Position numbers and translations under genes: made by a program | Assembly: GCA_021800445.1 (NCBI GenBank) | Contig: JAJYYZ010000006.1 | Span: forward strand, 420 to 64,419 | Direction of reading: 5' to 3' | Length of the DNA stretch: 64,000 nucleotides | Source: a bacterium | GTDB lineage: Bacteria; Thermotogota; Thermotogae; Mesoaciditogales; Mesoaciditogaceae | Part shown: positions 58,425 to 64,000 of the stretch, piece by piece | Position numbering within the stretch: the stretch's first letter is position 1 | Layout of the letters: each line of letters starts with the position of its first letter | Notes under the pieces: generated by a model | What the model was told of the DNA's origin: nothing | Seen by the model: only the letters and a program-made list of their open reading frames with translations | The model's database searches: none

Positions 58425-59423
58425 ATGTTAAATTTAAACCTTTTAGAGGCGTTGGAACAACTCCAAGGCGAAAAAAACATGAGCCGGGACGAAGTGATCG
58501 AAATTCTTGAGAGGGCTCTCACAACGGCCTACAAGAAAAATTTTAACGTTCAGAATGACAATTTGACGGTTAAAATAGATTCGATAACTGGAGAAATAAA
58601 TGTTTTCGAAAACGTCGAGGAGAAAAATGAAGATGGACTCATACAGACAAAGGTCGTCAGAGAAACTCTCAACACCAAAAAATTTGGAAGAATAGCCGCA
58701 CAAACCGCCAAGCAGGTTTTAATACAGAAATTGAAAGAAATAGAAAGAGAAAATCTCTTTCAAGAGTACATGGATCTTTACCATACAGTAGTATCGGCGG
58801 AGGTTATACGTCCATCAAATGGGGACGTGGATCTGAGATTGAATAAAGTTGATGCCGTTTTGCCTGCTAAAGAAAGAATACCCGGGGAGAAATTTTACGC
58901 TGGACAATTTGTTAAATCTTACGTTATAGCCGTTGAAAAGAAAAACAAAGGGCCAGTTGTAATTTTAAGCAGAATTGCAAATGAACTTGTCCAGAAGTTA
59001 TTTGAGAAATACGTTCCCGAGATAGAGGGCGGAATTGTTAAAATCGTTGCTATTGCCAGAGAGCCCGGATCAAGAACAAAAATGGCCGTCATTTCAACCG
59101 ATCCGAACGTCGATCCGGTTGGATCGTGCATAGGAGAAGGTGGAAGTCGTGTTGGCCAGGTTATAAAAGAATTGAACGGAGAAAAAATAGACATAGTTTC
59201 ATTTTCTCCCGAACCTGTGCAATTTGTATCAAATGCGCTTTCTCCGGCAAAGGTTATGGATATTTCTTTGAGTGAGAACGATCACAGGATGTACATAACG
59301 GTTTCTCCGACTCAGATATCTCTTGCCATAGGGAAAGACGGTCAAAATGTAAGATTGGCCTCTAAATTAACAGGCTGGAAGATAGAAATACGCCAATTCA
59401 TGGGAGAAGGTTTTAAAAATTGA
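58425..59423 (+). CDS. nusA: Transcription factor NusA
   Basis: FGRIAAQTAKQV, AREPGSRTK, GSCIGEGG and LAIGKDGQNVRLA motifs. Confidence 0.97.
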   Translation: MLNLNLLEALEQLQGEKNMSRDEVIEILERALTTAYKKNFNVQNDNLTVKIDSITGEINVFENVEEKNEDGLIQTKVVRETLNTKKFGRIAAQTAKQVLIQKLKEIERENLFQEYMDLYHTVVSAEVIRPSNGDVDLRLNKVDAVLPAKERIPGEKFYAGQFVKSYVIAVEKKNKGPVVILSRIANELVQKLFEKYVPEIEGGIVKIVAIAREPGSRTKMAVISTDPNVDPVGSCIGEGGSRVGQVIKELNGEKIDIVSFSPEPVQFVSNALSPAKVMDISLSENDHRMYITVSPTQISLAIGKDGQNVRLASKLTGWKIEIRQFMGEGFKN

Positions 59424-59758
59424 TGAAAGTGCGTTACGAAGAAAGAATATTGAGTATACTTGGAATTGCTTCGAAAACTGGTAAAATTGTTTTGGGACAA
59501 AAGGCACTTAAAACTTACATTTCTGGTTTTCAAGTTAAAAAGTTTCTTGTTTTTGCGTCAGATCACGGTGAAAGCGTTAGTGCTTTGATTCAGAAGTGTA
59601 AGACTCAAGGTGTTCCGTTTGTCGAATTGAAGGTTAACAAAGCGGATTTGGGAAAAGCCATAGGAAAATCCGAAGCATCAGCGGTTGGAATAATTGAGGA
59701 CACTTTTATAGAAGGAATTAAAAAGATAATTAAAGAAAGTTCAATTGGAGGGATTTGA
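59423..59758 (+). CDS. L7Ae/YlxQ family RNA-binding protein
   Basis: LGIASKTGKIVLG and LGKAIGK motifs; canonical position. Confidence 0.85.
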   Translation: MKVRYEERILSILGIASKTGKIVLGQKALKTYISGFQVKKFLVFASDHGESVSALIQKCKTQGVPFVELKVNKADLGKAIGKSEASAVGIIEDTFIEGIKKIIKESSIGGI

Positions 59759-61854
59759 TGGATAAAAAGATAAGAGTTCATGAACTGGCTAAACGCCTGA
59801 ACATGAGCAGCAAGGATCTGCTTGCCGAACTTGAAGATCTTGGAGTTGAGGCAAAAAATCACATGTCGACGCTTGAAGATTCTATCGTCAACATGCTTGT
59901 AGAGATATACGCATCTGAAGAAGACGAAAAAGGCCTTTCTTTAAAAACGAAAAAGCCTTCAAAGCCAAAAGATCGCATCGAGAATAACGCCGAGTTCGAA
60001 GAGGAAACCCAGAAAACAGATGTTTACGTTGAAGACAAAACCGTTTCACACGTCGAAAGAACCGTGGAACTTGACGAGAATAAAAGTATAACTCTAAGAG
60101 AATTCTGCGATCTTACCTTAATCCCTCCGACAAAAATCATAAAAGATCTTTTCATGGAAGGAAAAGCACTGACTATAAACACGATTCTTGATCATCAACT
60201 TATTGAAGAAATAGCAAGTAAATATTCGATACATGTTGAATTCAAGACCCAAAAACCCGTTGAAGCGGCAGATCCTCTTAAAACAGAGTTTGACAAATTT
60301 TATCAGGAAAACAAAGACAAATTTTCTTTGAGACCTCCGGTTGTAACGATCATGGGTCATGTCGATCACGGTAAAACCACTTTGCTTGACAGGATAAGAA
60401 AAACTCACCTCGCAGAAAAAGAAGCGGGAGGCATAACGCAATCGATAGGTGCTTACAAAGCCGTGATAAACGGGAAAAACATAACTTTTATAGATACCCC
60501 AGGCCATGAAGCGTTCACGGAGATGCGTGCACGAGGTGCTCAGGCAACTGATATAGTCGTTTTGGTGGTTGCGGCAGATGACGGTGTCATGCCTCAAACG
60601 ATAGAGGCTTACGACCATGCTAAAAATGCTGGTGTTCCCGTGATAGTGGCTATAAACAAGGTTGATAAGCCAAATGCGAATCTTGAATTGACAAAACAGG
60701 ATCTTGTCAGCAAGTTGAACGTCATACCAGATGACTGGGGAGGAGACACGCCGGTAGTTCCCATATCCGCCAAAACGGGCAAAGGAGTGGATGAACTGCT
60801 GGAAATGATTTTGCTGGTCTCTGAATTGAAAGAGATAAAAGCGTGTTCCGTTGGCAGGGCAAGAGCGATAATCATAGAATCTAAACTTGATAAGTTCAAA
60901 GGACCCGTCGCAACGGTTATAATCAAGGATGGCGTTCTGAAACTTGGAGACAATTTCGTCGCCGGCAGAACTTGCGGAAAGGTCAGATCTATCTTTGATG
61001 ATACCGGCCGAAGTTTAAAGGAGGCCTATCCCGCAGATCCAATTGTGATAATGGGTTTTGAGGATCTACCCGACTCAGGATCTATACTCTACGTCATGCC
61101 TTCTCAAAAGAAAGCGCGTGAATACATAGAAAAATACAAGGTCGAACAAAATCAAGTACAACCAAAAAGGGTCAGACTTGAGAATATCTTTGAACTTTCC
61201 CAGTCCGAAGGTCAAAAAGTGCTTAACCTTATAATCAAAGCCGATACTTTCGGGGCTTTGGGCGCCCTCAAAATGGCGATCGAAAAGACCGAACCCGAAG
61301 AGATAAAGATAGAAATCGTTCATGCCGGAATAGGGAACATAAACATAAACGATGTCTTGCTTGCATCGGCAGATCAGGCCGTTATACTTGGATTCAGAGT
61401 TGGAATAGAGCCAAAGACAGAACTTAAGGCAGATCAACTCGGAGTACAGATAAAAACTTACGAGATAATTTTTGAACTTATCGAGGACATAAAGGCTGCG
61501 CTTGCAGGCATGATGGAACCTGAAATCATCGAGGAAACGGTTGGACATGCAAGAGTTTTACAGATTTTCAACATATCGAAAATCGGAAATATAGCGGGCT
61601 TTCAACTTTACGAGGGCCATGTGGAAAAACATTGCATGGCACGGATCGTGAGAAACAAAAACGTTGTCTTCGATGGCCAGATAGAGGCTTTAAAACACTT
61701 CAAAGATGACGTGGAAAACCTTGAAGCACCGCAAGAAGGCGGACTTAGACTTACAGGGTTCGAAACTTTCATGCCAAACGATGAGATAGAATTCTACATG
61801 AAAAAGGAGATAAGAAAATCTCCAACGTACAAAAAAGGCGAGGAAAAGAAATAG
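59758..61854 (+). CDS. infB: Translation initiation factor IF-2
   Basis: [24 protein letters not shown] and AINKVD motifs. Confidence 0.98.
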   Translation: MDKKIRVHELAKRLNMSSKDLLAELEDLGVEAKNHMSTLEDSIVNMLVEIYASEEDEKGLSLKTKKPSKPKDRIENNAEFEEETQKTDVYVEDKTVSHVERTVELDENKSITLREFCDLTLIPPTKIIKDLFMEGKALTINTILDHQLIEEIASKYSIHVEFKTQKPVEAADPLKTEFDKFYQENKDKFSLRPPVVTIMGHVDHGKTTLLDRIRKTHLAEKEAGGITQSIGAYKAVINGKNITFIDTPGHEAFTEMRARGAQATDIVVLVVAADDGVMPQTIEAYDHAKNAGVPVIVAINKVDKPNANLELTKQDLVSKLNVIPDDWGGDTPVVPISAKTGKGVDELLEMILLVSELKEIKACSVGRARAIIIESKLDKFKGPVATVIIKDGVLKLGDNFVAGRTCGKVRSIFDDTGRSLKEAYPADPIVIMGFEDLPDSGSILYVMPSQKKAREYIEKYKVEQNQVQPKRVRLENIFELSQSEGQKVLNLIIKADTFGALGALKMAIEKTEPEEIKIEIVHAGIGNININDVLLASADQAVILGFRVGIEPKTELKADQLGVQIKTYEIIFELIEDIKAALAGMMEPEIIEETVGHARVLQIFNISKIGNIAGFQLYEGHVEKHCMARIVRNKNVVFDGQIEALKHFKDDVENLEAPQEGGLRLTGFETFMPNDEIEFYMKKEIRKSPTYKKGEEKK

Positions 61855-61996
61855 ATTTAACGCATATTTTACATTTGAAACATTGTTTGTTAATCTCCAT
61901 TTGGTAACATATTCTTCGGTTCGCATTTTTACGGAAGGCAGAATACCTTTTAGGTAACTGCCCGAGTAAAGAGTTCGTTTTAAATTTTGATTGACA

Positions 61997-62021
61997 TAGT
62001 TCATTGAAAAACGGGCAGCTA
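61997..62021 (+). other. 5' arm of the 16S processing stem (pairs with 63594..63618)
   Basis: TAGTTCATTGAAAAACGGGCAGCTA versus TAGCTGCCCGTTTTTGAATGAACTA (one mismatch). Confidence 0.85.
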
Positions 62022-62034
62022 TAAGAGTAAGGTT

Positions 62035-63587
<1,553 letters not shown>

Positions 63588-63619
63588 ATAAGGTAGCTGC
63601 CCGTTTTTGAATGAACTAA

Positions 63620-63693
<74 letters not shown>

Positions 63694-63694
63694 C

Positions 63695-63766
63695 GGGGAT
63701 GTAGCTCAGAGGGAGAGCATCTGCTTTGCAAGCAGGGGGCCGTCGGTTCGAATCCGATCATCTCCA
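63695..63766 (+). tRNA. tRNA-Ala(TGC)
   Basis: GGGGATG/CATCTCC acceptor stem; no encoded CCA; 1 nt after tRNA-Ile. Confidence 0.95.
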
Positions 63767-63794
63767 GCGGTCATTGAAAACTGAATAGAGCAAA

Positions 63795-64000
63795 GGTTAA
63801 GGTATGAAGGGCGCGCGGTGGATGCCTAGGAAACGGGAGGCGAAGAAGGACGTGGCAGGCTGCGAAAAGCGACGGTGAGTTGCGAGCGAGCGTTGACCCG
63901 TCGATGTCCGAATGGGGAAACCCACCCAACGAGAGTTGGGAGCGAAAGCGCGAACCGGGTGAAGTGAACCATCTCAGTAACCCGAGGAAAAGAAATCGAA
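63795..64000 (+). rRNA. rrl: 23S rRNA (5' part)
   Basis: GGTGGATGCCTAGG, CCGAATGGGGAAACCC and GAAGTGAACCATCTCAGTAACCC. Confidence 0.97.

Overview
Core-genome segment (about 40% GC) of a Thermotogota bacterium. The assignment comes from the 16S sequence and from Thermotoga-like gene content; the low-charge exported proteins suggest an acid-tolerant, Mesoaciditogales-like lineage, which is an inference. Left to right: (1) a 17-kb minus-strand carbohydrate island with a GH144/'glucoamylase'-family enzyme carrying a C-terminal CBM-like domain, a stand-alone copy of that domain, a GH94 phosphorylase, two CUT1 ABC sets, an orphan OppA/DppA-type binding protein, an amylo-alpha-1,6-glucosidase and two LacI regulators with visible operators; (2) a divergent hfq, a Spy/CpxP-like protein and a TolC-TolC-MacA-MacB efflux operon; (3) an orphan ABC ATPase, a degenerate M24-fold protein, class I aldolase, glnA and apt-pgi-rnfCDGEAB; (4) lnt, topA, yhaM, alr, rpmB, ferredoxin, ornithine decarboxylase and four tRNAs; (5) a type IV pilus/competence cluster (pilC, pilin, pilMNOPQ, Memo-like gene, comF); (6) glpP with a glycerol-3-phosphate dehydrogenase trio; (7) rimP-nusA-L7Ae-infB and the start of an rRNA operon. 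Two families of miniature mobile elements are scattered through the intergenic DNA. The most notable observation is a complete ribosome-mediated attenuator upstream of glnA that is absent from the ORF track: a consensus promoter, an RBS, a 20-aa leader peptide with five consecutive Asn codons, and mutually exclusive antiterminator and terminator hairpins.
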